A stretch of 54,274 bases of DNA from a virus (taxonomy: Duplodnaviria > Caudoviricetes), in the IMG/VR virus record IMGVR_UViG_3300050162_000156, positions 1 through 54,274 of that record. One strand, 5' to 3'. Below the pieces are notes generated by a model. That model was not told where the DNA came from. It made no database searches and saw nothing but the letters and a program-made list of their open reading frames with translations. Numbering within the stretch: position 1 is the stretch's first letter; each line of letters opens with the position of its first letter. Below are positions 1 through 8,780 of the stretch, piece after piece. The translations under genes and the position numbers were made by a program.

Positions 1-35
1 ATTATTGTTGGTTCTCATTATGAGAACAATTGTTC

Positions 36-446
36 TCAAAGCAGATCGCGAAGCAAACCGGGTTGCAACTGAATTTTATTGATCACATACCGATCATTGC
101 CGACAACGGAAGTGATATTCATTGACACAAATGTGGTTTGGTCGATGGGAGTAATGTACCAATTCAATACACCGCATCCATAACTGGAAGTGATTTCATT
201 ACCATAGTTCCAATTTGCCCACATCCTGACCCACGAAAGTGCCTCGACTGAATCGATGGTCTTGGGGATTTCCACAAAAGAGACTCGCTGAAAACCCCGG
301 CGTTCTCCAAGTTCGGGACAATGACGAATTGAAAAGTATGCCGTGTTTTCAATACGCGCATCTGCCTCAAGAGCGGCCTCTTTTGTGTCATACTTAACCC
401 CAGCATTGTCAAAATACTGGACTAATGTGATAGTTTCTTCACGCAT
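36..446 (-). CDS. Hypothetical protein, tandem paralog of 486..890
   Basis: N-terminus MREETITLVQYFDNAG is nearly identical to the neighbour's; GAGGA RBS upstream. Confidence 0.8.
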   Translation of the reverse strand: MREETITLVQYFDNAGVKYDTKEAALEADARIENTAYFSIRHCPELGERRGFQRVSFVEIPKTIDSVEALSWVRMWANWNYGNEITSSYGCGVLNWYITPIDQTTFVSMNITSVVGNDRYVINKIQLQPGLLRDLL

Positions 447-485
447 GGTTGATTCCTCTTTTCGGTTGGGTTGGGTTTGGTTTGG

Positions 486-890
486 TTAATTGAGTAGGGC
501 CATAAGATCGTCGCGGTCCAATTTGATTTTTTCAATCAATTCCGCTCTGTTATTACCAGCAAAATGCGTATCCTCATTAAAACGGCTCAAGTCAATGGGT
601 GTGATGGTCCATCCCCGCACTGCACCACCATAAAACTCGACGATTTCGTTACCAGAGTGCTTTGTTGCCCACATACGTGCCCAAGTGGTTCCGTCAATAT
701 AGTCCTCTTTGGCCGGAAGAGAAATATAAGTTGTTCTGCGAAATTTTTCATACTCGTCCACATCATACTTAACTGAAAAATACATGATGTTATTCGCGGC
801 CTCGTCAGCCGCTATTGCTGCCCACCGAGTCGGATGCCGATTACCTGCATTATCAAAATACTGAACTACCTTGATAGTTTCCTCACGCAT
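486..890 (-). CDS. Hypothetical protein, tandem paralog of 36..446 (start revised to ATG 890)
   Basis: MREETIKVVQYFDNAG; shares leader and RBS with the paralog; sigma70 promoter upstream. Confidence 0.8.
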   Translation of the reverse strand: MREETIKVVQYFDNAGNRHPTRWAAIAADEAANNIMYFSVKYDVDEYEKFRRTTYISLPAKEDYIDGTTWARMWATKHSGNEIVEFYGGAVRGWTITPIDLSRFNEDTHFAGNNRAELIEKIKLDRDDLMALLN

Positions 891-930
891 GGTTGATTCC
901 TCATTTCGGTTGGGTTTCAAGTACAAAACA

Positions 931-959
931 ATAATAGCAAGACCAATTTATTTTGTCAA
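931..959 (-). promoter_or_regulatory. Sigma70-type early promoter
   Basis: TTGACA-N17-TATTAT on minus strand. Confidence 0.8.
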
Positions 960-960
960 A

Positions 961-1251
961 TCAAAAAAACAAATTTTCATTTTCTTCGTCCCATTTAACC
1001 ACCGAGGCAGGGATTTCAAGGACTTCCATCACCCGACCCATGTCAAAATTGTCCATATGGGTGAAACCCTTCACAGAGGTTTCTGTCTCCCACACATTCC
1101 AATAGTCATCCAACCATTCAGTGCAACAGTGTTGCTCTGCTGTTGTCTTGTAGGCCAACAGTCCTTCAATCTGATCCCGAGTCAAATCTTTTGACTGGAT
1201 GATGAATGAACTTGACGATGAATTTGACACAAAACCTTTTCTTATCTTCAT
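961..1251 (-). CDS. Phage protein of the MKIRxGFVSNSSSSSF family
   Basis: Signature N-terminus MKIRKGFVSNSSSSSFII; GGAGG RBS; ATGA overlap with the nrdG stop. Confidence 0.8.
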   Translation of the reverse strand: MKIRKGFVSNSSSSSFIIQSKDLTRDQIEGLLAYKTTAEQHCCTEWLDDYWNVWETETSVKGFTHMDNFDMGRVMEVLEIPASVVKWDEENENLFF

Positions 1252-1712
1252 ATCAGTTTTCCTCCGTGCAGTCGCAGTATTCGCTGATTTGTTGATCCTC
1301 GAAAACTGGAAGTGCAATCTTTTAAATCTTCTTGATATTTACCGTCAACAAGCACATCAATGTGAGTTAACGGCGTATCTTCAGGCAGTTCCTCCCATTT
1401 AAATCCAGTGTAGCACCAAACAGTTTTATCTGGGCAGATACCTTTGAATGTTTTTAGAAACTCTCCAAGTTCCTTACCGTGATAGAGTGGATCACCACCA
1501 GAGATTGTTATGCCGTCAACCAAGCAATTATTTGCGGTACGTTCAATAAAGGCTTGTTGTTTCTCTACGGTGAATTCCACACCATAATCAAAATCTTGTA
1601 ACTTAGGATTATGGCAGTTACGGCAGTGGTGACGGCAACCAGAAATAAAAAGTACATTCCTGATTCCGTCACCATCCACCAGTGATTCGTATTCAATTCC
1701 ACCTAGTTTCAT
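1248..1712 (-). CDS. nrdG: Anaerobic ribonucleotide reductase activating enzyme (radical SAM)
   Basis: SLVDGDGIR, GCRHHCRNCHN (CxxxCxxC), GITISGGDP, DVLVDGKY, FRGSTNQRI; directly downstream of nrdD. Confidence 0.97.
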   Translation of the reverse strand: MKLGGIEYESLVDGDGIRNVLFISGCRHHCRNCHNPKLQDFDYGVEFTVEKQQAFIERTANNCLVDGITISGGDPLYHGKELGEFLKTFKGICPDKTVWCYTGFKWEELPEDTPLTHIDVLVDGKYQEDLKDCTSSFRGSTNQRILRLHGGKLI

Positions 1713-4327
1713 TCTGCGTTATGTTTCACCCTATCTTTTACCTCGGCCTGTTTTCCAAGGTTGAAATTGGTGTAGTCGCAAGTCAGGTAGCCAGTTACCC
1801 TGCGCAATCGTTCAATGTTTGTTTCTCCGCATTGTGGACAGGCTTCTGGAATGTCTCCTGAGAAGTGGCACTCGCGGCAAGTATCAATTGGAAAGTTCAG
1901 CGCATAATATGGAATATTATGATCCATTGCATAATTGATAATTTTCTCAACCGCATCTAGATTCTGAATCAGTCCACTTGTCAACTCATTGTAAGTGATG
2001 CAGCCAGAAGTTGCATAGTAAGCAAACGGAGCCTCAATATCAATCTTCTGTTGGATAGAAACATTCTCCCATACTGGCACATGATGGCTATTAGTCAAAT
2101 AATCCCTATCAGTAACTCCCTTGATCACTCCATACTTTTCTTTTAACTGTCGCATGGCAGTATATGAAAGATTTTCTGCGGGGGTCGCATAGCATCCAAA
2201 ATTTCTATCATACTTATCAGATGCGCCCTTAGCAGCATCATAAATCCGTTTAACTACTTCCAAAGCAAACTTACCAATAGTTTCATCGGTATGGTTTTTT
2301 CCAAACAATGCGGTCATCGCTTCCGCCAAACCAAGATACCCAATCGCCAGCGTTCCATGCTTCATGGCTTGCTCAACCGTATCGATACAATCCGACCCGT
2401 TCGCTATCGAGCCATTCTTATACATGAAAAAAGCAGACTCAGGTTTTTGTGAAGTGATAATGTCATATCGCTGTAATAGCGATTGAATTGTCACTTCAAT
2501 TGTTTTGTCCAATTCCTTCATGAATAACTCAGGATTGCCTGTGCATTCAATACCTAGTGCCGGAAGAATGATAGTGGTAGGAACAATGTTTCCTCGGCCA
2601 GTCTTTGAGTATCCTTTACCGTGCCTGTCGCGCCCAATCATGGTTCTGCAATTGTGGCTATAGATTCCGTTCACTTCAAAGTAGTCCGATGAGGTAGTCA
2701 CATCATAGCTTTCGGCAATGTAACTGAATTGCGGAATAATCTCAACAACCCGAATAGGATTCTTTTCGGAATCAAATAACCAATCGCCCGGAACAATATC
2801 TTTTGCCATTACTCTACCCCGATTCATCACTGGCAACGGATGATCAGTGGTGCAAAGCAAATGGGTGTTACCTACCCGAATAGTCAGCCAGTCGTTATGC
2901 TCAGGCTTTCTTTGCAACAACAACTTACACTCAACAAAACCATTGAAAGTGTCCAGAATTTTGCACTGGCCTTCTTGGAATCTGAAATAGTAACCATACT
3001 CATTTTCTTCCAGTTCCACCAACTTATAAACTCGCTGCCACATCATCGTGAATGTTTCGCGATAGGTTGTGCCGTTGAATTGATAGGTGATGTTAGATTC
3101 GCCATCCACACATCCCATTGTTGCCATGTAAGTATCTGGATCATCAATTGTTTCCTCATGATTAGTGAAGTCACAATTAACCCAATTTGGATAGATGCGC
3201 TTTGCCATGGATTGCAGGGCCAGCTTTTTCAGAAAATAGTTCGGTGTACCGGGCACGTCATTGATTCCTTTCTTGTGTTGAAAAATACTGATAGGAAAAA
3301 TGCTGGTGTGATGGTATCGACCAATGCCATTGATACTTGCCTCTAGGATTGACTTACTGATCAATTGCCCTTCCGGTGAAGTATCTCTTCCGAAGTTGAT
3401 CGAGCTAAACGGTAGCTGACTTCCCGAGCGAGATTCCAAACTGTTCAGATTATGATAGAACGCCTCAAACCCCTGCTTGGCTTCTTTTTGTAATTGATCA
3501 ATTGCAAACTTCCATGCTTTTGGATAGTTATCCATATAGTAACTATCGGACATAGAAACCTCCGATGGAACAGTTATTTCATGCTCAGTTTCATAGAGAT
3601 ACTGCAACCCGGTGGTCAAATGCTTCGCCAGTGACTTCTTTACGAAAGGTGCAAGTGAGTAGTCCAAATGTGCTGCCCCCACACCGCCAAACTGACACTG
3701 TGATTGTAACTGAAAAATCACCGCAGTAAGCTGCAATGCAGAGTTCAATGAGTTAGCTGGCCGAATGTCGCCGTTTCTCAACTTAAACCCCTGTGCTAAT
3801 AGGGTATCTAGATCAACAAACAAACAATTGTGCATTCCTGTGGCATAGTAAGAAAAATCATGCAGATAAATTTTTCCATCTTCAAAATACTTCTTGACAT
3901 TCGCAGTTAGTAAATTATCAGTGGTATACTGCTTTTGTAGAATCTCCGAAACATGTTCTCGCCTAGCCGAGAATGATTCATCCGACACGTTTGCATTGGC
4001 GCGTTCTTTCAATTGCCCGGTCAGAATCTTGGCTGCTCTGCGATATAGGCTGGATCGTTTATTGCGCTCTTTAGTTCGCTCATTTCGATACAGAATGTAG
4101 GCTTTGGCCACATCTTTATGGGCAGAGGCCATCAGTTTCTTTTCAACAATGTCCTGAATGGTTTCCACTGATAGCACAGCAGAATCAATTGATGAAATAG
4201 AGTTAATTATTTTTGTTATCAGATCATCGTCCGATACTTTTTGTTGTTGCATAGCTTTGAGAATTGCTGCCTTGATTTTGTTACTATCAAATTGGACAAC
4301 TCTCCCGTCTCGTTTTTCAACGACCAT
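1709..4327 (-). CDS. nrdD: Class III anaerobic ribonucleoside-triphosphate reductase with N-terminal ATP cone, intein-containing
   Basis: VEKRDGR ATP cone, IYLHD, MHNC, NFG, MG/CRT finger loop, ATPAE, TNSHH, CxxC..CxxC Zn site, RRVTGYL glycyl-radical motif. Confidence 0.98.
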   Translation of the reverse strand: MVVEKRDGRVVQFDSNKIKAAILKAMQQQKVSDDDLITKIINSISSIDSAVLSVETIQDIVEKKLMASAHKDVAKAYILYRNERTKERNKRSSLYRRAAKILTGQLKERANANVSDESFSARREHVSEILQKQYTTDNLLTANVKKYFEDGKIYLHDFSYYATGMHNCLFVDLDTLLAQGFKLRNGDIRPANSLNSALQLTAVIFQLQSQCQFGGVGAAHLDYSLAPFVKKSLAKHLTTGLQYLYETEHEITVPSEVSMSDSYYMDNYPKAWKFAIDQLQKEAKQGFEAFYHNLNSLESRSGSQLPFSSINFGRDTSPEGQLISKSILEASINGIGRYHHTSIFPISIFQHKKGINDVPGTPNYFLKKLALQSMAKRIYPNWVNCDFTNHEETIDDPDTYMATMGCVDGESNITYQFNGTTYRETFTMMWQRVYKLVELEENEYGYYFRFQEGQCKILDTFNGFVECKLLLQRKPEHNDWLTIRVGNTHLLCTTDHPLPVMNRGRVMAKDIVPGDWLFDSEKNPIRVVEIIPQFSYIAESYDVTTSSDYFEVNGIYSHNCRTMIGRDRHGKGYSKTGRGNIVPTTIILPALGIECTGNPELFMKELDKTIEVTIQSLLQRYDIITSQKPESAFFMYKNGSIANGSDCIDTVEQAMKHGTLAIGYLGLAEAMTALFGKNHTDETIGKFALEVVKRIYDAAKGASDKYDRNFGCYATPAENLSYTAMRQLKEKYGVIKGVTDRDYLTNSHHVPVWENVSIQQKIDIEAPFAYYATSGCITYNELTSGLIQNLDAVEKIINYAMDHNIPYYALNFPIDTCRECHFSGDIPEACPQCGETNIERLRRVTGYLTCDYTNFNLGKQAEVKDRVKHNAE
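2651..3112 (-). mobile_element. Mini-intein (154 aa, no homing endonuclease) in NrdD
   Basis: Begins CVDGES after MATMG; block B CTTDHPL; block F/G YDVTTSSDYFEVNGIYSHN followed by Cys+1. Confidence 0.95.
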
Positions 4328-4342
4328 ATTACGACTCCTATA

Positions 4343-4555
4343 TTATTGTTTCGACAGCCTGATTGACATTGCGGCGCAGTCAACCGCTTGCTTCATCTCT
4401 TCCGGTGATAGGTCCAAATCAAGCAACTCAGACAAAATATCCTGATATAAGGCTACTTGTTGGCGAAGAACTTGCTCACGTTCCGTAACTCGCAGGTATT
4501 CATCCAAAACGGGCGAGAACGACAACACCATATTCACTGCATCTGAATTATTCAT
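4343..4555 (-). CDS. Hypothetical protein, first gene of the nrdD operon, probably leaderless
   Basis: ORF; TTGTTT-N17-TAATAT ends 6 nt before the ATG. Confidence 0.7.
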   Translation of the reverse strand: MNNSDAVNMVLSFSPVLDEYLRVTEREQVLRQQVALYQDILSELLDLDLSPEEMKQAVDCAAMSIRLSKQ

Positions 4556-4561
4556 AATGAT

Positions 4562-4590
4562 ATATTATCACACAGAAAAAGAGAAAACAA
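4562..4590 (-). promoter_or_regulatory. Sigma70-type promoter with extended -10
   Basis: TTGTTT-N17-(TGn)TAATAT. Confidence 0.6.
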
Positions 4591-4638
4591 TAGGGAAAAC
4601 CATAATAGTCTTCCCTATTGTTTTGATTTTTGTTAAAT

Positions 4639-5793
4639 TTAGTGAAGTAGAAGGTAGGTTCCCAGAACCGACTTATCAACTGCCGAGTCATCACCTGCAC
4701 CAGACTGGACAATAACATTCCACTTTGGAATATCACCTTTCTGTGCAGGACTCATCTTAATGTATTCGTCATACATTTTCACTGTATCCAGCTTGAGTTT
4801 GTATTGCTTGGCTACCCGCTGCTTCAATTCGGCAATATTTGTAAATTGCATCGAACCCGCTTCGGTGCGATCAATATTACCGTCCTTGTCGAGTTTGATT
4901 AGGTCAGAGAACACGTCTCTTGGAACAACTTCGCTGTGTTTGATGTTGACCAAATCTACCTGTTTTTGTTCGGATGGTTTTGCGCCACCTGAAAAGTTTA
5001 CAATGAAGTTGACTGGTTTGGTATTATCCAGAGCTACTGAGGCCATCTTGGTGTAGCAATAAACCTTCACGTTGGGATTATCATTGCAAATTTTCTTGCA
5101 AATATCGTAGTACGCGGGAGAGAAAAAGTCTCCTGCATCATGCCAGCGTAGAACGGTTCCAATGCCCTTCTTGCTATTCAGTTTTTGTGCAGCGGCCAAT
5201 TCATTATGCAATGCTGCACGGAATCCTTCTGGATCATTGATCAAGAAATTCAGAGTGCGGCTCTGATTCATACTGGCATTCTTGAATTGCACGTAGCCAC
5301 CCTTGGCAGCGTAGCAGAAGGTCTTGCAGATACCTGCTCCGGGGCAGGTGTTGACCACCTTTAACTCATCCGAGTCTTCATCTACGATAAGACCTTGAAT
5401 TGCTGGCAAGCCAAGATTGTAGAACATATCGGCTGTTCCATCACTGTGTTGCATTTTCGCGTTACGTTTCAACAGTGCTTTGGGACGCACTGAAATCTCG
5501 CGCTTGAGGGCTTCAATATCCAGTTCCTTATTTTCATCGTCGATAACTTTGATGTTTGAGCGGTGAACATAAGGGAACTTAAATTTGTCATTCTTTTCAC
5601 GAGTTTGATTCTTTACTCGGCCAAGGTAATCGGCAATGTCTTGCTGTGACACGTCACTGTAAGGCGCGTCTAGTTCGGCCTCGGTAACAATCTCGTCGTT
5701 GTCTTCTATATCACTATTCTTTACAAAGGATGTAAGGGATTGTACCTTAAATCCGTTTATGTCTTCTTCTGTTATAAATTCATGAAATCGCAT
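4639..5793 (-). CDS. GP88-like (radical-SAM-like) protein; start revised to MRFHEFITE
   Basis: NTCPGAGICKTFCYAAKG Cys cluster, RWHDAGDF, YCYTK; AGGAG RBS and ATAAATA late motif upstream. Confidence 0.75.
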   Translation of the reverse strand: MRFHEFITEEDINGFKVQSLTSFVKNSDIEDNDEIVTEAELDAPYSDVSQQDIADYLGRVKNQTREKNDKFKFPYVHRSNIKVIDDENKELDIEALKREISVRPKALLKRNAKMQHSDGTADMFYNLGLPAIQGLIVDEDSDELKVVNTCPGAGICKTFCYAAKGGYVQFKNASMNQSRTLNFLINDPEGFRAALHNELAAAQKLNSKKGIGTVLRWHDAGDFFSPAYYDICKKICNDNPNVKVYCYTKMASVALDNTKPVNFIVNFSGGAKPSEQKQVDLVNIKHSEVVPRDVFSDLIKLDKDGNIDRTEAGSMQFTNIAELKQRVAKQYKLKLDTVKMYDEYIKMSPAQKGDIPKWNVIVQSGAGDDSAVDKSVLGTYLLLH

Positions 5794-5811
5794 TAAATGA
5801 ATCTCCTGCAT

Positions 5812-5818
5812 TATTTAT
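5812..5818 (-). promoter_or_regulatory. T4-like late promoter core ATAAATA; also at 10955(-), 15395(-), 15649(+), 21557(+), 30073(-), 37121(-), 38058(-), 46132(+), 46151(-), 46663(+), 50733(+), 51914(+)
   Basis: The same heptamer lies a short distance upstream of almost every structural gene start; resembles the T4 gp55 promoter TATAAATA. Confidence 0.85.
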
Positions 5819-5824
5819 GCAAAT

Positions 5825-5856
5825 AGAAAGCGTAGCGAAATTTCGCTACGCTTTCT
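5825..5856 (-). terminator. Intrinsic terminator, 32-bp perfect palindrome
   Basis: AGAAAGCGTAGCGAAATTTCGCTACGCTTTCT at the end of 5846..6274. Confidence 0.7.
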
Positions 5857-6274
5857 TTAAAACCTCGTTCATTATTTTAGTCGAGTAAGCCAAGTTGGAT
5901 CGATAAGTGTCACGGATCATCTTCCATTCGTGATCCATCTGGAGCAGTTCGTTCAAATCGTTCAGGTTAATATTCCGCTTCGCAGCGGATGATATTGTGA
6001 CTCGTAGTGCATCAGCATCTTTTTCAGATAGCGGAGAGTGCGCGAACAAACTCAAAGAATACAAAAAACTCTTGGCTTCATACAAAAATGCCCGACCATT
6101 GATTTCGAACCAGCACATTTTGGTGGCCCGATCATAGTAGAAACCGTCTCGGTTCATGATAGGGGCGATTTCGCCTTTTGCGCATTCCTGAACGTCTTTC
6201 CATGTGACCCAATCACCATCAACAATCATCCAAGATTCGAGCGGCAGAACTTTATATCTGTTCTGAAAACCCAT
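5846..6274 (-). CDS. Hypothetical protein
   Basis: 142-aa ORF, GAGAGGG RBS-like sequence, co-oriented with neighbours. Confidence 0.75.
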   Translation of the reverse strand: MGFQNRYKVLPLESWMIVDGDWVTWKDVQECAKGEIAPIMNRDGFYYDRATKMCWFEINGRAFLYEAKSFLYSLSLFAHSPLSEKDADALRVTISSAAKRNINLNDLNELLQMDHEWKMIRDTYRSNLAYSTKIMNEVLKKA

Positions 6275-6317
6275 GGTTAAAGAAGCCCTCTCTTTCAGTT
6301 AATTCTGCTGTTTTCAA

Positions 6318-6845
6318 TTATCGCATCTTTCTACTTGGCCATTGCGGAAATTCCTTTCCATGTTTTGATCGGTTCCAAATCTGGGTGGTCTTCCATTTTT
6401 CCACAGTTCCGTCTGCCTTGGATACGGTCAGAATCGAGAATCCCCATACGTGATTCCCTTGCAAAGTTGCGCCTTCCACCTTGCCAATCTTTTTGACCAG
6501 CTTGGCAACAAAAGCGTCATATTCAATTGCCGCGTCATCTTTTTGTTCCTGAATATAGCGTTCGCACTCTTCCGGGTCCATCGTGACCCATAATGGATCG
6601 TTCATGCAGCGGTGGCCTTGGCCGGGGTTCGCAGAAGTCAGGCGACAATATAAGTTGTATTTCGCTAGCTTCTCATGATAATCACGAAAATCACCTTTGG
6701 GATAAGGCGCGACTTTATTGCGGTCGCCATCTACAGCGGCCAAGCTAATTTTCGCATTTTCGATGGTACGGGCAGCTTCTTCTGCTGCGAATGCGATAGC
6801 ATCCTGCTTAACTGGCATCACTGCGTGTTCGATAGCATTCATCAT
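6318..6845 (-). CDS. Hypothetical early phage protein (start revised; leaderless)
   Basis: MMNAIEHA begins 6 nt after the -10 box; C-terminus WKTTQIWNRSKHGKEFPQWPSR looks like a phage early protein. Confidence 0.8.
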   Translation of the reverse strand: MMNAIEHAVMPVKQDAIAFAAEEAARTIENAKISLAAVDGDRNKVAPYPKGDFRDYHEKLAKYNLYCRLTSANPGQGHRCMNDPLWVTMDPEECERYIQEQKDDAAIEYDAFVAKLVKKIGKVEGATLQGNHVWGFSILTVSKADGTVEKWKTTQIWNRSKHGKEFPQWPSRKMR

Positions 6846-6851
6846 AAAAAC

Positions 6852-6900
6852 ATGATAGCAAAAAATGTGCAGAATGTCAAGCATTTTCTGCACATTTTTT
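6852..6900 (-). promoter_or_regulatory. Sigma70 promoter embedded in a terminator-like hairpin
   Basis: TTGACA-N17-TATCAT; the -35 lies in the loop of a perfect 15-bp inverted repeat (6860-6874 / 6886-6900). Confidence 0.8.
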
Positions 6901-6909
6901 CACTTTTCC

Positions 6910-7632
6910 TTAATGGGAAACCAAAGACATAGCCTTCCAAAAATCCTTTGAAAACTGATGAAGATCAATTTTGGCTCCGGGCGCAAGGTGTGCTTCACCC
7001 ATCCTATCGACCCACAATTGTACCTTGCCATCATTTGCCCTCACCTGAAAAATCTCATCGGGGTGAGAGTCGGGCGAAGATACCACAAAATCATATTCTC
7101 CTGCTCTCATAGTGATAGCAGGTGTAGCGAATAGTGTGTATAGCGAAATCGTGGACAGATTCGAAACAATATTAACATTTTGATAAGGTTCAGTCTTCTG
7201 TTCGACGGGAACCGCGAAGCAATATTGCTTCTTCACAGAATCATACATGAAATCGGCTGCGCTGCCCATATTTGATGGATACGTATCAAAGCAATACGGG
7301 TATTTCTTCAATTTCACGCAGTTGGGAGCGTGGGAATTTTTGAGAAGGTATTGCTCGTTGGCAACTTCTTGATAGGTAGTTTTTCCAGAACCCATATACG
7401 GAATGCCCACCGGATACTGTGTACCATAACTGGTAGCACTGGCTGGCACATAGTCCGCCAAACGGTATCCATCGGGACACGAATAAACTCTGTCCACCGC
7501 AGGAACTTCTCTGATGATGGGGGCGGTCACGTCTTCGACGTTATTTTCGGTCCAAGTTTGCTGAGAGGTGGCAGATGTAGGCAAAACCAACACGCCCATC
7601 AAAACCAGCACACAAAAAGTAATATATTTCAT
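6910..7632 (-). CDS. Exported protein with signal peptide (start revised to MKYITFCVLVLMG)
   Basis: GGAGA RBS; K + hydrophobic stretch + TSA cleavage-like site; paired cysteines. Confidence 0.75.
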   Translation of the reverse strand: MKYITFCVLVLMGVLVLPTSATSQQTWTENNVEDVTAPIIREVPAVDRVYSCPDGYRLADYVPASATSYGTQYPVGIPYMGSGKTTYQEVANEQYLLKNSHAPNCVKLKKYPYCFDTYPSNMGSAADFMYDSVKKQYCFAVPVEQKTEPYQNVNIVSNLSTISLYTLFATPAITMRAGEYDFVVSSPDSHPDEIFQVRANDGKVQLWVDRMGEAHLAPGAKIDLHQFSKDFWKAMSLVSH

Positions 7633-7650
7633 TATTCTCCTATGATTATT

Positions 7651-7678
7651 GGGAGAGAATCCGGTTGGACCCTCTCCC
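7651..7678 (-). other. Intergenic RNA hairpin without U-tract
   Basis: GGGAGAGGGTCC-AACC-GGATTCTCTCCC forms a 12-bp stem (with G-U pairs) only on the minus-strand transcript. Confidence 0.55.
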
Positions 7679-7684
7679 TCAAAG

Positions 7685-7840
7685 TTACTCGGATTTCTTA
7701 ACCCGCTTGCTACCACGTTTATGATCCGTGGTACGGAACATTCGCTGGGGTTCGTTATGAACCTCGTAATTGTCGCTATCCTGCTCGTAATTCTCCAGTT
7801 CCTCTTCTGTGTAGTCGGCAAGCGAACGATAGTTCGTCAT
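7685..7840 (-). CDS. Small hypothetical protein, acidic N-half and basic C-half
   Basis: AAGGTGA RBS before MTNYRSL; promoter upstream. Confidence 0.7.
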   Translation of the reverse strand: MTNYRSLADYTEEELENYEQDSDNYEVHNEPQRMFRTTDHKRGSKRVKKSE

Positions 7841-7878
7841 TTCTGTTTCACCTTTCAAAGTTTTGATCTTCTTGTTAT

Positions 7879-7907
7879 ATCGTAACACGCTATTCAGGAT
7901 TTGTCAA
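7879..7907 (-). promoter_or_regulatory. Sigma70-type promoter
   Basis: TTGACA-N17-TACGAT. Confidence 0.75.
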
Positions 7908-7919
7908 GAGATTTTTGAA

Positions 7920-8364
7920 CTATCCGCGATAACATGGAGGAAATATCCAAGTTCGATTGCCTTGCAGCAGGTTATGAATCAACCCTGCATCGCCGTTCGC
8001 CTGTCGAACCGGAATAGTCTTCATTTCATTGATATTTTTGTTTTGACGCTGAGGGCCAAGACGCGCCTTCGGTACAGGATATCCTTGGCGATATGTCAGG
8101 CTTGCCCCACGCTGTGAGCGAATTTCATCAACAGCTTTTGCGGTGATACCATACTTTTTTGCCAGTTCAACTGAATCCTCACTCACCAGTGACGTGCGAA
8201 TGGCAATAATTGTTTGGGCTGGGATCACTCCAGAACCATATAGTGCGCCACGAATACGGCGCACACTTCGGGGGTGAAAGGTTATGCAGTTCTGCGGTGT
8301 GTACAGTCGAAAACGCCGATTCTTTGACGCTTTTCCGCACTGATGCTGAGATTTTCGATTTCAT
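7920..8364 (-). pseudogene. HTH-like DNA-binding protein, apparently frameshifted near its start (or a sequence error)
   Basis: ATG 8364 has the promoter and an AAGG RBS; the long frame containing ELAKKYGITAKAVDEIR is +1 and open from 8360. Confidence 0.5.
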
Positions 8365-8395
8365 AGTTTGCCTTTCTGAAGTTTGCTACCTTTTC

Positions 8396-8475
8396 AATAT
8401 ATCGCAAGTTTGGCAGGTTGTCAACCGAAAACAATAATAATTTTTCTTGACAATCAAAAAGTATTTTGATAATAT
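8396..8475. promoter_or_regulatory. Divergent pair of sigma70 promoters
   Basis: Minus: TTGACA(8424-8419)-N17-TATATT; plus: TTGACA(8447-8452)-N17-TAATAT. Confidence 0.75.
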
Positions 8476-8504
8476 GGATTCAACGATTAAGGAGCGTTGC
8501 ACCA

Positions 8505-8780
8505 ATGACCGACACAATTCCTAAGTACACAGTTCGAGTTGATGGCCACACCTACGTTTGGAGCGGCCCAAGCAAGCGTATTCCCCGACCTACCGCAAAG
8601 AACCTTGAGCAATACGTGTTCGCACTTGCCCGGTCTTTTGAACCGGGTGGAGCAAACGATCATGTATCACAGGCATTGGGATACATTCCGTATCCTCAAC
8701 GGGCAGAGGTACTATTGAACGGCAGTAATATCATTGTTGCTTCGTGGGAAGCCAGTAAGTTTCAGACCTATGGAGGTTAA
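8505..8780 (+). CDS. Hypothetical early protein (start revised)
   Basis: TAAGGAG RBS before MTDTIPKY. Confidence 0.75.
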   Translation: MTDTIPKYTVRVDGHTYVWSGPSKRIPRPTAKNLEQYVFALARSFEPGGANDHVSQALGYIPYPQRAEVLLNGSNIIVASWEASKFQTYGG

